Shown: positions 50,136-63,341, counted from the whole stretch's first letter. The stretch: 63,341 nt of DNA, filler included, from Octopus bimaculoides (GCF_001194135.2; 5 parts of 5 records of this genome joined end to end with filler, not necessarily neighbours in it); one strand, 5' to 3'. The notes: generated by a model from the sequence alone, not told the origin. Translations and numbers: made by a program.

Positions 50136-50470
50136 AGTGGGTGCATTTGAGAAGGTTTTAGACTTTTTCCCGGAAAGACATTTATTAATTTGAAAGAAGA
50201 ACAAAACTAGTCTTCTTCAAAGTAGGATCCTCTGACTTCAATGCATTTGTTGTAGCGCTCAGGCCACTTTATGAAGGCTCCATGGAAATCTTCCGGAATG
50301 TAGGTTTCCATCTTCTCAATCTCCTGAAAACGACTACTCCTGAGTTTCTCCATCACTTCGAGGAACAACCAAACGTCACGTAGAGCACGGCCTAGACTCT
50401 AAGGTTGGTGAGGGACTGTTTTGATACTCATGTCTTTGCAGTAGTTAGTTAACAGGATGGAAATGTGAAA
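50136..50470 (-). mobile_element. mariner 3'-end fragment
   Basis: Minus strand KLRSSRFQEIEKMET, then a frameshifted ...KW.ERYNKCIEVRGSYFEED stop, typical of a mariner C-terminus. Confidence 0.6.
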
Positions 50471-51755
50471 CTTTTCATGCCTGATTGCTAAAAGTTATGT
50501 GTGTGTGTGTGTGGAGCTACCTGTGTAGAGTGCTACATACCCTTCGTGGCAGGGTACACCCACTAGTATCTAGCGAAGCTCTGGGACAATTGATCCCTGC
50601 AGTAGACTATGATAAGCAATGTTTTGTACGGAACTTAGTAATATTGATTTATTCCATACTTCACAAAATGAGTGGAGTGTTTTTTTTTTAATTCAAGATT
50701 TCACTTGATAAATTTCACATTTTCTGCAATGGATAAGAGACTAAAAAGAAATGAAAATATTAAAAGTAGAAAATGTTAACTAATTTTGAAATGTTCAGAT
50801 ATAATCATATCGTTACCGAAATATCGGTCAGATTAGTATGGTACGGGATCAACGGGGGTCAATATGTTTATATGTTTCTGATTCATACTAATCAGGCTTT
50901 CTGTATTAAAGAAATTGTACGTGATTTTTCCCGACTAATAAACATACCTTAATTTAATATACAAATCGCCATTGACTGTCTAAATTTGTAATCGATTTCT
51001 AACCACGAAAGCGAAAATTATTCAGTAAGACAAAAACACGTCTTTTAATCTTTTGGTCGCATTCTTAGCGGAACATTGATTCCAATTCTGTTATAGAAGT
51101 GAACTAACCCACTCTTCATTTCATGACCAAACTAGACAATTATTGTAGCCTTTGGAGATATGGTACATTAATATTCCACGCATTTCCTGTCGCTTTTTCA
51201 CATACTTCCAGAACTGTGCGTGATAGACATTAATGATGTTATTGTTCCTCTCCTGAATTATTTGATAAAGAGGAAATGAAAAACAACAAAAATGTAGCCA
51301 ATGAAAGAACCAGGAAATAAGAGTAAAAATCAATTATATGCGTAACAACTTTATTGAATCAAAAGGTATAGAATCACGAATAATCTGCTGCGACGTATTG
51401 CTGTCAAATTGCATTGGCACTATAGTTTTTGTGGGGAAAACTTCAGCGAAAAGTTATAAGCTAAGGAATTAGTAGACAAACATTACCATTGGGGGTATTC
51501 AAAAACATAAAGATAATATGCAAGCGTGATAACTCCAAGCGATCAGTCGATCGAGATTTTTAGACAATATAGCGAAATAGAGAATACGGTTGGGCTCATT
51601 TTAAATTCAACTACGCGAAACAAAATATATACATATATTCACCTTATTTGGCTTTCCCAAAGCATTTTCGTCTCATACAACCTTACGAATACAACCTTAC
51701 GAACATACATACACACACGCGCATATATATGAATACACGTACAACCGTTTACATT

Positions 51756-51794
<39 letters not shown>

Positions 51795-51807
51795 ACACAC
51801 ATACATA

Positions 51808-52228
51808 TATACGTAAAACTATTACTCGTTTCCTTCTCTGAGCGTCTTATTAATATATTGCTTGTGTTACGTCCACAAGTTCGTTTGTTTTTTATTTTTA
51901 TGTTTCTCTGTTTTTTTTTAATTGACTATTTACTGCACGCTCACAAGGGACCTACCCACGCGTCATTCCGACTGTTTTGGAGTACCTGATTCATGAATCT
52001 CTCGCTTCTATTGGATTACGTTACCTTAATCATTCGGAGTACGTCATTTCTACACTTTTGATAGTGAACTATTATAATTTGTCCTTGATACTTACCCTTC
52101 ACTTCTCTTACTTCCATTCTCCTTCCTTTTTCGTCCTCCTCAGCATCACCCACACCTACACCTACAGTTACACCATCTCACCATGCCTGACCTTCCTCCT
52201 TCTTCTTGGACTTTCCTGCTTTTCCTGT
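51808..52228 (+). mobile_element. Penelope-type pseudo-LTR unit between microsatellites
   Basis: Starts ACGTAAAAC...TCTGAGCGTC (tail shared with the PLE at 33826-33905), has a pyrimidine-rich body, and ends CCGACGAAGAGATATGCC at a gap. Confidence 0.5.
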
Positions 52229-52258
52229 TTCCGACGAAGAGATATGCCNNNNNNNNNN

Positions 52259-52336
<78 letters not shown>

Positions 52337-52374
52337 AATACACTTACATACACACACACACACTTATATATATT

Positions 52375-52414
<40 letters not shown>

Positions 52415-53202
52415 ATATATAAAACAAAAATGAGGTAAAAACACTCTGTCAGTGCATTGGAATTATTGTCTATGTCGGTATATATATTCTTCGGTTTCTT
52501 TTGGAATCTATAGTATAGGATATGTATATGCTATATGAAATAATTATCCTATAAGTTGACACTGTAGTGGAAAATTTCTCTGGTGAGTAGAAATCAAACT
52601 GGGAACGGGTCAGAAGTATCTTTTCTTATTTTTTTCCGGACAAGTATAGAATGACTTTCCTATCATATTATGATTATAACAGGCATTAAAATATCTCTTT
52701 CGTCTTTAATCTGCAAACTTAAAGGCAAAGGGACCAGTTTCGATTTTACATCAAAGAGGAACATCCCCTCCAAATTCTGATCCTGTAACGGGTCCAAAAA
52801 ATATTCAGTGTTCTCTTGAAAAACTGTACCTCTTTAAACAAGTCAGAACCTCCAACGAATACATAAATTCGAGGAGCGAGGATTTATTCTGTGTATGCAT
52901 TTCAAGACATACATCTTGTCGGAGTTTAGGAGTAGATGTCTGAACACTGAGTAAACCATTAAAATCTGGTTTACGCCTACTTGACATCGAATTATTTAAC
53001 GATGGTCATCGCACTTGTCTTCTTTCTTCTTGCCTTCTTCTTTACCATCGTCTCTTGCTTAAGTGTTATTAACTCAAAAGACAACTGAGAAACCCTTTTG
53101 CTTTGAGCTTCATAAATAGCAGAATAAATTATTATTTTAACTAGGAAAATTTGGGTAGCTGTATTTATAAGAATTATGGATTTTACTATCAGATTTTATA
53201 TG

Positions 53203-54446
53203 TAGAGATTGGACAAAATAATGGAAGCACCTAGCATCATAATTTAGAAATATCTATAAAACCGTCAAAAGATTATTCATTTTATATTTTTATTAATGTT
53301 GTTTGCTATGTTTTGCTAAAATTGCTGTTTCTTTTCAGATATCGTCAGAAAAGGATAATTAGAATTCCTTAAATTGACAGATCTATCGGACTTTCAAAGA
53401 GGTCAAATAGTTGGTCCTCGTATGACAGGCGCTAGCGGAACGAAAACAACCGAAATGTTTGGTGTATCAAGAAGTACTGTCTTGAAAGTAATGACAGTCT
53501 TTGAGAAAGAGGGAAAAACCTCCTCATCGAAACAAAACTCCGGAAGAAAACCAAAACTTTCAGATAGGGACCGTCGGACTCTTACGCGAATTATTAGAAA
53601 AGATCACAAAAGTACAGCTCCCAAAATTACTGCAGAACTTAATGACCACATCGAAAACCCAGTTTCTACAAAAACTGTGCGCCGGGATCTGCACAAAGCC
53701 GGATTTCACGGGGGTGCTGCAATCAGAAAACCATTACTTTCAAAAACAAACGTTTCAAAGCGTTTAGAGTGGAGTAAAAACCTACAGAATTGATCCCTAG
53801 AGCAGTGGAAGAATGTTATTTGTTCGGACAAGTCATCCTTTACCGTATTTCCGACCACCGGCCGAGTGTATGTGTGGAGAGAGCCAAAAAGATTTTGACC
53901 CAGACTGCCTTCTTCCAACTGTTAAACATGGACGAGGATCTCTGATGATCTGGCGGGGGGACTATATCTTGGAAATTCCTAGGCAAAATGGTTTCCCTTG
54001 ATGCCAGAATTAATAGTCAAGGCTATTTAAGCATTTTCTCTAATCAAATTCATTCCATGGTTACGGAACTGTTTCCGGAGGGGAACGCAATCTTTCAGGA
54101 TGATAACACACCAATTCATACAGCTAACGTTGTTACTGAATGGCACGAGGAACATTCTAGTGAAGTTGAACATCTTATCTGGCCTCCAGATCTCAATATT
54201 ATTGAAACTTTATGGGGCATCTTCGAAAAACAAGTGAGGAGTCAATATCCTCCACCACCATCACTACAAGAACTGGAGACTGTTTAAGCTGAAGAATGGG
54301 CAAAAATTCCTTTGGAAAAAATCCAAACTTTGCACGAGTCCATACCTCGTAGTATTCAAGCTGTAATTCCTGCCAAAGAGGTCCTACTCCATATTAAAAT
54401 AATTTTTTTTAAATTTTAAGGTGTTTCAATTATTTTGTCCAACGCC

Positions 54447-54448
<2 letters not shown>
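53203..54448 (+). mobile_element. Tc1 (DD34E) transposon, full length, lightly decayed
   Basis: TIRs ...TTGGACAAAATAATGGAAGCACC and GGTGTTTCAATTATTTTGTCCAA..., with TA at 54449-50. Transposase MTDLSDFQRGQIVG...GRKPKL, WKNVICSDKSSF, FQDDNTPIHTA and PDLNIIETLW, with a few stops and frameshifts. Confidence 0.95.
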
Positions 54449-54483
<35 letters not shown>

Positions 54484-54505
54484 ATATATATATATATATG
54501 TATAT

Positions 54506-54605
54506 NNNNNNNNNNNNNNNNNNNNNNNNNNNNNNNNNNNNNNNNNNNNTTAATTAATTAANNNNNNNNNNNNNNNNNNNNNNNNNNNNNNNNNNNNNNN
54601 NNNNN
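54506..54605. other. Synthetic scaffold linker
   Basis: 44 N + TTAATTAATTAA + 44 N. Confidence 0.95.

Positions 54606-54690
<85 letters not shown>
54606..54690. repeat. (TTA)n microsatellite
   Basis: Directly visible. Confidence 0.95.
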
Positions 54691-54691
<1 letters not shown>

Positions 54692-54899
54692 TGTATATAG
54701 TCCAAAGAAGGAAACGTACACTAATAACATTTCATATGACATACTCTTCATGAACTTGAACTTAAGGAAGACCGAGTGGAAGGACCTAAAAAACTGAAAT
54801 CCTTAATGTAAACGATATGATGAAGTTTCTTTACGAAGAGCTAATCAGTGTTTCGAAAGCATGACTCATATAAATACCTCTGTTCTCACAAGAACTTGA

Positions 54900-55810
54900 T
54901 TCCACGAGATAGATGGATACTAGTGCGTAACAGAACCAAACTAATAAAACAGCTGAAAAAAAAAAGAAGCTCTCTCAACAGATGATATTGCAAAATAAAA
55001 AAAAAAAGATTAAAAAGTATAGAAGATAGAATTGAACTTAAAACACTCTTAGGAAAAAGAAATTTTGCCAAGGGAACACTGAGCAGTGGAAAATATAAAA
55101 TCTGATTCAGAGTCCGTTTTTCACTTTGCTGAACAAAAATCCGCTACCGATAATCAGATTGGCCCCTTAATGGATCAAAACGTATCATAGGCCTATGATT
55201 CATAAAAAAATAGGCGCACTTTTGCGTCCACAGTATAACAGTGAAATTTTCCAGCCTACATTTAAACGAATAACACACACGCCAAAAGAATTCTTTGATC
55301 CTCAGAAATCAACTGCAGAGATACATCTAAAAATTAATGACACTATGGAAGATGATAAACATATAGATCTTAGTGACCTGCATTAAAAGTCAGGATCTCC
55401 CAGCCCTACTTCCAAAAATGAGTGAAAACAGTCTCGCCAAAACATTAAAGACACTAGTTGCAAAGTTGCTTAATACAGGTATATTTCCAGAACTACTGAA
55501 AGACACAGAAGTAACACCTATACACAAGGGAGGTAGTAGGGATGAAACTAAAAACTACAGACCTGTTTCTCTTACATCTAAACATCTAAATTTATCGAAC
55601 GCATTGTGCGAAAATAAGTGATTACATATCTTCAAGAAAACAACCTCTTAAATGACACATAGAATAGTTTTCAGACGCTTGGAAGTTTCCTGTCATAAGT
55701 ATTATAACACCATACGACTATTCTCAATAATCTCTTGAAAAGAAAGGACAAAGCCTGCGTATAATCTGATTTGCTAAGGTGTTTCACGTGATTGACTATA
55801 GTATCACAGA
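54900..55810 (+). mobile_element. CR1/L2-like LINE RT N-terminal relic
   Basis: GIFPELLKDTEVTPIHKGGSRDETKNYRPVSLTS, followed by degraded YLQENNLLND and DFAK.F...D motifs. Confidence 0.75.
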
Positions 55811-56306
55811 TTAAAACTTCTAACGACAATCCAGGACTAGCGAAGTATTAACGGATGCACTCAGGGAAGATCAGCTGTTACAAACTCAATCATAGACCAA
55901 ATTCCTACAATAAGGCGACATCAAAACCAACAGAAAAAATTAAGATGGTGCGCCAGCAGTCCAATGACTTAAATCACTAAAAAAATAAAAAGAAAAGAAT
56001 CCCGAGCGTGGCATTCTGTGACGTCTATCGCTGGGAGAAATCAAAGTATAAAGGAGTGGTCAACTCCTCAGCAGAATATCTGAATCGTAGATTGCCAGGA
56101 GTTAGTTGTATGAGAGTTATATGACTGAGGGGTATAGATAAACGTAGATGACAAAACAGTAAACCCAGTTGTAGACGATCACCCCTCACCACCACAGTGA
56201 CTTAAATTCCTGACGGCCCTCCACTTCTCCAGTAAATTTCAACACCATATTGAAAACATGAGTCACTACGTTTCTTGCACAAATCGATTTCCATCGAAGG
56301 ACCTAC

Positions 56307-56438
56307 CGTTGCTACTTATATTTTGATAACACTCATTCGAGGTGTATGGAATGGGGGTTGGTATAGAAGTAGCAATATACTGGTCAATAACTCCAATCAG
56401 AGATCTAAAACCTTGTTGATAGAGATGTAGTCCTGAAT
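56307..56438 (-). CDS. Possible 132-nt internal coding exon of an unidentified host gene
   Basis: ACTTCAG acceptor, GTAGGT donor, symmetric phase 1-1, open frame DSGLHLYQQGFRSLIGVIDQYIATSIPTPIPYTSNECYQNISSN. No homology recognised. Confidence 0.25.
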
Positions 56439-57042
56439 CTGAAGTTACAATGTTTATCAACATGCTAAGCCCAATGTCACAGAAATATGTGTATGAATCG
56501 TTTCTTTTCTATCCTTTATATTAAGATGTTCGCTAAGTATGATTAACAATTGATAATAGTTGAAATGAGTGCATATATATAGAACAATGCGTCATGTCAA
56601 CTCTGAGAAGGGGAAAATTAATATAATCGGAACTAATGTTATATAAAGTGAAATAAAGATGAAAGAATTGAAGAAAGTACATACTTAGATGTACTTAACA
56701 AATAATTGTACACACAATTTATAGCACAACAAAGAAAGAGGGTTAAAAAGAATATCATATCATTTAAGCACTCTAGTGATACATAATAAAAAGGAACTAA
56801 GTGCAAACAGTGAAGTAATTGGTGATGATATTCTGAAAGTCCATATAGTTATATTCTGAACTAGAACATAAGCAAATTAACAAGACTAGACAGGATATGA
56901 AGAACATTATTGAGTGATTTTAAAACACATGAAAGAAACACTGGCACAATGTCAGGTGGGGGAGAAGAGCCATGCAAGGAACGTGAAAATCACGGTGGTG
57001 CACCAGCATGACCGCAGCCACTTGGCTGAAACACATAAATAA

Positions 57043-57076
<34 letters not shown>

Positions 57077-57401
57077 NNNNNNNNNNNNNNNNNNNNNNNN
57101 NNNNNNNNNNNNNNNNNNNNNNNNNNNNNNNNNNNNNNNNNNNNNNNNNNNNNNNNNNNNNNNNNNNNNNNNNNNNNNNNNNNNNNNNNNNNNNNNNNNN
57201 NNNNNNNNNNNNNNNNNNNNNNNNNNNNNNNNNNNNNNNNNNNNNNNNNNNNNNNNNNNNNNNNNNNNNNNNNNNNNNNNNNNNNNNNNNNNNNNNNNNN
57301 NNNNNNNNNNNNNNNNNNNNNNNNNNNNNNNNNNNNNNNNNNNNNNNNNNNNNNNNNNNNNNNNNNNNNNNNNNNNNNNNNNNNNNNNNNNNNNNNNNNN
57401 N

Positions 57402-57450
<49 letters not shown>

Positions 57451-60382
57451 CAACTTTGATAATGGGCTGTATGGTTCTTTTTTGGAAATGGTTATAAAAT
57501 ATCACATCTCCTTGGCAACAGTAATATCTAATAAAGAATTAGACAAAATTAATACGAATATCTGCAAAACACGTATGAAAAAGACGGCTGTCTTTTATTT
57601 TCAAAGAAGCCAACAAATATCAACAGCTGCTGAGGCAGCAGTCAGTTCTGATTTGAATAGAGAAGTAATACCAAATTGTTCAAAACATAAAAATTAATGC
57701 TAAGTGGGCATATAGAATGCCATGCAAAGAGGATGTGATAAAGAAAAAAAAAGACAAAAGAAAAACAAACTTGTGATGTCAATATCGGAATAGACTGAAT
57801 AAATGAGAAGTCGATAATAGGTAAAACAACACATCTAAATAAAACATGGCATTCACTGTAAAAGTAAACCCTCAATATAGGATAGAATGAATTTTAAATC
57901 AGGTATATGACCACATCATCCCTAATGGTCTACAAAATTGTCATGAAACGGATACGATAAGGAATTGCAGAATATGAGGAGGCAGTGAAACTACAATTAA
58001 GTGATACATAGATGTATGAGTACGTGTATGTATGTATGTGTAGATTATTTGATTTTGTGTATGTATACTTGACTGTTATCTGTCATATAACAAATAATAA
58101 ACGTAATGTACACTTCCCACGATAGTTGTATGCGATATTCTTATGTAGATACAATAACTACATTTTTATATTATTACATTTGAAAGTTGCTTTTTGTCGT
58201 GCGGAGAGTTTTCGTAACTTAGTGACTCTCTAAGCAATGCTGGGGAAATACTATTGCTCATAGGCCACCGGTTTTTCGTAAGGTCAACGAAAATTATTCA
58301 GATTAAATACTACAAATTCCGCTTCAGGCCTTCATTATTAAAGCAACAATTGTTGACAAACAGAGGAGTTCATCTTAATTACGTTTCAACTGCTCCAAAA
58401 CTACCACTACCTGGTAAGCTGAAATCCGCTGTCAATGAATAAACCTTGGATGCATTTCCTCCTGCTAAGATTGCTGTCAACATTATATTTCCTTATACTA
58501 AAACGTCCCAATGTTTATAAGATAAGGATGATAGTTAAATGTTGGTGTTGCTTGAAGCAAGATGTATCACGATCGTCTTCCTAAGACCTAGTAATTATAG
58601 GTAATTTCAAGTCCTATATATGTGTCTGGATAATCCTATTCTGGAATACTGCTGCTCATTCGGAAATTAAAAAGGTCCACAAAACATGTAGAATGAAGAT
58701 GTGAACCAGTGCTCAGTACCTTCGTGCATATCTATATGCAAAGTGTCACCCTTGAAGCAGTTGAAACACTGAGAAAGGTGAGTCTGGATCTATTAACGTG
58801 ATCTTTGAAATGTGAAATATATGAATCCACATTCAACTTAACATCACTATGAGACCAGAATAAGGAGCAGCTGTTTTATGGAGCGAACTATCTCGTGTGA
58901 ACAATGTTTACCTACACGTGAATGTCAAACATTGTGAATGTATTTACATGAGACAGATACTGTACATGGGAGATTTCAACGCAAAAATAAGAAACAATAC
59001 GCAGCTATGAGATGACGGTATTGGAAAAGAAGATATTGCAAACTGTAATCAAAACGGATGTCACCTTTGTGGCCTCTGTTCGACATATTCCTTTCTTTTA
59101 ATTGTTGTCTTCAAGACTGCTCCGATTCGTCATCGATTTGAGCCACCCACATTTAACGAGATTCCAGACACTGGCATCTTGTGGCATAAGGTATCGTCCG
59201 ATAATGATAAAGAAGAAATTATATGTTTATGATTTCAGAAGCTTCTGGTGCTGATGACAGTTGGAGAGACTGCTGCATTGAAATCACAGGCACGAAAATC
59301 ACTATTCTGCTCAAAACAAGAAACCTGCAGTTATTAATCTCCCGATATCTCAAAGTTTGAAACTTCTGTCATCAGAGACAAATTCAAAAAAAAGTGGGCG
59401 TTCCAATAAACTCAACCCTCCTTTATTGCAGAATAGTCATCCATTGCAAACATCATTAAATGAAGCTAAAAAAGTATCATTGATTCCAACAAAAATAGGA
59501 GTTAATTTTGGTTGTATGACAACAAAGTTTATATCAACTAGGTCATCGACAAAATGCTTTGCCCGTGCTCAAGCAACTACGAAGCTAAATTCTTTAGGAT
59601 TTCGAAATATTCAATCAGTAACGTTAATCCTAACACACACACACACAAAAAAAAAGATAGTTATAACAGAAATAATTTTTTTTAAATATATATTTTATAT
59701 ATGTTATGTAACTGTAGAACACGAATTACTTCACATATTTCTAGAAAACCCAGACTAAAAATTGTGCAGGCTTCGTCTCATCTATTTTTAAAGAAGAGTA
59801 ATGATCTTCTGGCATCCATTTGTATATTCATATTTAAATTCACTGGGAGATGCGTAACTTTTGTCAACAACTACTATATCTTAGAAGGAAAGATTTAGGT
59901 GTCGCCGGGTTAAATGCTATAACATCGAAGTGAGTGAATTAAAAATAATAATGTTTAATTAATAATATTAAACAAATTAATAACGGAAATGTCCCAACTA
60001 CATGAATTAAAATTGGTTAATTGTTTGATTTTATGAATTATTGTACTTCCGATAGTTTTAATCACTTATACCAAGCGCACGTTTGCATGAATGTGTCCAC
60101 CTATTCAGCAATAAATTTGGTACGGGATCCTGAAATGCAATAAATGTCTTCTCAAAGTTATATAATCAACTTCATCATCCACTGAAATTCCTTGCACTAT
60201 CATCTTGCATGCAGCCAGTAACTCTTTGCAACTGATCTCGTTTCGACGGATATAATGCCTTGGTTTGTCCTAATACTTCATCAGTATATCTCCCTTGAAA
60301 ACATTTATACACGTCCAGAAGATAGGACAGTTTATAAACATTAATATTTGTATGCACACACAAACACACACACGCACACGGA

Positions 60383-60417
<35 letters not shown>

Positions 60418-60420
60418 TAC

Positions 60421-60460
<40 letters not shown>

Positions 60461-60560
60461 NNNNNNNNNNNNNNNNNNNNNNNNNNNNNNNNNNNNNNNN
60501 NNNNTTAATTAATTAANNNNNNNNNNNNNNNNNNNNNNNNNNNNNNNNNNNNNNNNNNNN
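60461..60560. other. Synthetic scaffold linker
   Basis: 44 N + TTAATTAATTAA + 44 N. Confidence 0.95.
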
Positions 60561-62103
60561 CATACATGCATCTATATTATTATATATGCGTATGTGCGAT
60601 TAGGTTCACACTCACATATACTTGAATGTGTACATACGCATGTATAAGGTTACGATCGTAAGTATTTGCGTACATATCAACATATGTATCTATATACGTG
60701 ATGCTATATACATTTTTGTATACGCATATATACGCAATCTAAATTTTATGCAGGTTTACTATATACATATGTTCTTGCTCATTTTCTCTCTTTACTTCTT
60801 CCTTCCTATTCCCAGCCTTTCTCTCTTTTCTTCCTTTGCTATCTTTCTTTCTTTTTTCTCTTTCTTTCTTTCTTTATTCTCTTTCTTTCTTCCTTTCCTT
60901 CCTTATGACAACCACATTCCCCCGCCACCCACTTTCCTATATTATTAACGTTATTATAGATACTTTACTCTTTACCCCTCCACTCCATAGCTTAAGATAC
61001 AATTTCCGTTACCAGCGCATAGGTTTTTTCACGCGCAAACTTGAATGCGTGTGTGTATATATGTGTGTAAATTTGTATTTATGTATATATCTGTGCCTTG
61101 TAAATATATGCCTATATACGTAGATTGTCTGTGCGTATGCAACTGTGTATTTCGATGTATATGTATATATATAGATATATATATGTTGTGGATAGCCTTG
61201 TATACGTATATGCTATTGTAATTTTATTTTATTTTATTTTGAATGCAGCGTATACTTTATTTTATTGATTTTATTTTAATGTGTTAATTCGAATATAATT
61301 AATTATTTACAATATGTAATTTGAGCCCATTTTTCTATTTAAGGTTTTCTTCGATATTTTTTTTAAATAGGATGAATCTATATTAAATTTATTTGGTCTG
61401 TGCATNNNNNNNNNNNNNNNNNNNNNNNNNNNNNNNNNNNNNNNNNNNNNNNNNNNNNNNNNNNNNNNNNNNNNNNNNNNNNNNNNNNNNNNNNNNNNNN
61501 NNNNNNNNNNNNNNNNNNNNNNNNNNNNNNNNNNNNNNNNNNNNNNNNNNNNNNNNNNNNNNNNNNNNNNNNNNNNNNNNNNNNNNNNNNNNNNNNNNNN
61601 NNNNNNNNNNNNNNNNNNNNNNNNNNNNNNNNNNNNNNNNNNNNNNNNNNNNNNNNNNNNNNNNNNNNNNNNNNNNNNNNNNNNNNNNNNNNNNNNNNNN
61701 NNNNNNNNNNNNNNNNNNNNNNNNNNNNNNNNNNNNNNNNNNNNNNNNNNNNNNNNNNNNNNNNNNNNNNNNNNNNNNNNNNNNNNNNNNNNNNNNNNNN
61801 NNNNNNNNNNNNNNNNNNNNNNNNNNNNNNNNNNNNNNNNNNNNNNNNNNNNNNNNNNNNNNNNNNNNNNNNNNNNNNNNNNNNNNNNNNNNNNNNNNNN
61901 NNNNNNNNNNNNNNNNNNNNNNNNNNNNNNNNNNNNNNNNNNNNNNNNNNNNNNNNNNNNNNNNNNNNNNNNNNNNNNNNNNNNNNNNNNNNNNNNNNNN
62001 NNNNNNNNNNNNNNNNNNNNNNNNNNNNNNNNNNNNNNNNNNNNNNNNNNNNNNNNNNNNNNNNNNNNNNNNNNNNNNNNNNNNNNNNNNNNNNNNNNNN
62101 NNN

Positions 62104-62154
<51 letters not shown>

Positions 62155-62994
62155 AACACACACGCTGTTATGTTTTATGTCTCTGCTCGTCTTTAAGACA
62201 CACAGATTTTATCGTAGTTGTTGTACGTTTTGTTTTTGTTTCTGTTATTGCTATTTTGTTTTTATAATTCTCTGTTCTATGATAACAAAATAAAACATGA
62301 ACGGAAAAGGAATAGAAAAGACTGGGAAGGAGTAGGAAGAGGTGAAAGATAGTGAGAAGGTAGAGCGCGTAAAGAACTAGTAAAGAGGGAAGAATCAGAA
62401 ATAAAATGGCGGCCAAGATGAGGAAGGCAGATGACGACGAGATTAAAGAGCAGCCATTTTGTATGATCCCTGATGGAGTACAAGGTTGTTGTTCTCTTTT
62501 TGTTTTGATGTTTGCTTTGATTTGTTTGCCTTCCCTCTGACTGCAATCTAAATAAGACAACAATTAACTAATTTAGGTCAATTAGTAAATCTTATCTCAA
62601 TTACCGAACGACGGCATTAAACAATAATAACAGATCAATAACAATAATAACAACTACTACTACTACTACTACTACGACTACTACAATAAGACCAATAACA
62701 ACAATAAAAACGATGTCGACGAGTGACGAGGTCTATGGACAAATTGGTAAAGCAGTGGACGCGATGGAATAGTTGTACTGGTTCGATTCTCAAAGGTGTA
62801 CCAAATGTTATTATTTATTTATTTTGTGTTTTGGCCTTTTCCTGGGCTGACAAAAATATAAAATCCGTGCAATATGGCTTCTCGAAATGATAGAAATAGC
62901 AGCCAAGTTGCTGCCTTCATATCAGAGTCAAGTCTTTACTGAAAAGCGAAATCTTAGATATACTAAACTAGCAAACGAAGTAGTAGAAGACACA

Positions 62995-63001
62995 TATATA
63001 T

Positions 63002-63049
<48 letters not shown>

Positions 63050-63160
63050 TGGAGGGAGGTGATGATTATGATGGTGATGATGATGAGGGCGACGACGACA
63101 AAGATGACGATGACGACAACGACGATGACGATAATGTTGAAGATGTTCATGATTATGATA
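62995..63160. repeat. (TA)n followed by (GAT/GAC)n microsatellite
   Basis: Directly visible. Confidence 0.9.
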
Positions 63161-63341
63161 ATAATCTTGTTGAAGTACATGAAATACCTTCAACCTAGAA
63201 TCGAAACCATGTCCTAAGTATTCTCTCTTTGTAACATTCCTCCAATGTTGATTACACAAGATCTTGATCTCAAAGATTTCTTCAAGACTTACTAACAGGA
63301 TTGCATTATATATTTCGACTGCGTGTGTGTGTACATATATA

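Noticed and set aside
53940-53980. CTGATGA...GAAA here and at 59251-59284 as hammerheads
   Set aside because: No valid stem II closure or stem I/III; the first is Tc1 coding sequence (SLMIW).
62887-63198. 103-aa acidic protein ORF
   Set aside because: It is built from (TA)n and (GAT/GAC)n repeats beside a SINE-like fragment.

Overview
AT-rich, microsatellite-dense animal DNA whose SINE sequences match my recollection of Octopus repeats (inference, no search run). The window is not one locus: four identical synthetic linkers (44 N + TTAATTAATTAA + 44 N) join five pieces (1-31962, 32063-48113, 48214-54505, 54606-60460, 60561-63341). It is almost entirely mobile-element debris: a Ty3/Gypsy pol plus 3' LTR nested in a Helitron, a solo LTR of that family, a mariner and two Tc1 elements with TIRs, a Chapaev3-like transposon, three L1/Tx1-like LINE copies, R4-like and CR1-like LINE relics, two Penelope-like fragments, and many SINEs. 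I found no confidently identifiable host gene and no clearly new biological system. The best leads are a type I hammerhead-ribozyme fold in a short palindromic relic (~12626-12707), tandem Tx1-like LINEs sharing a 17-bp upstream motif at a foldback terminus (possible target specificity), a satellite block inside one LINE, and a CpG-decayed domain on the first piece.
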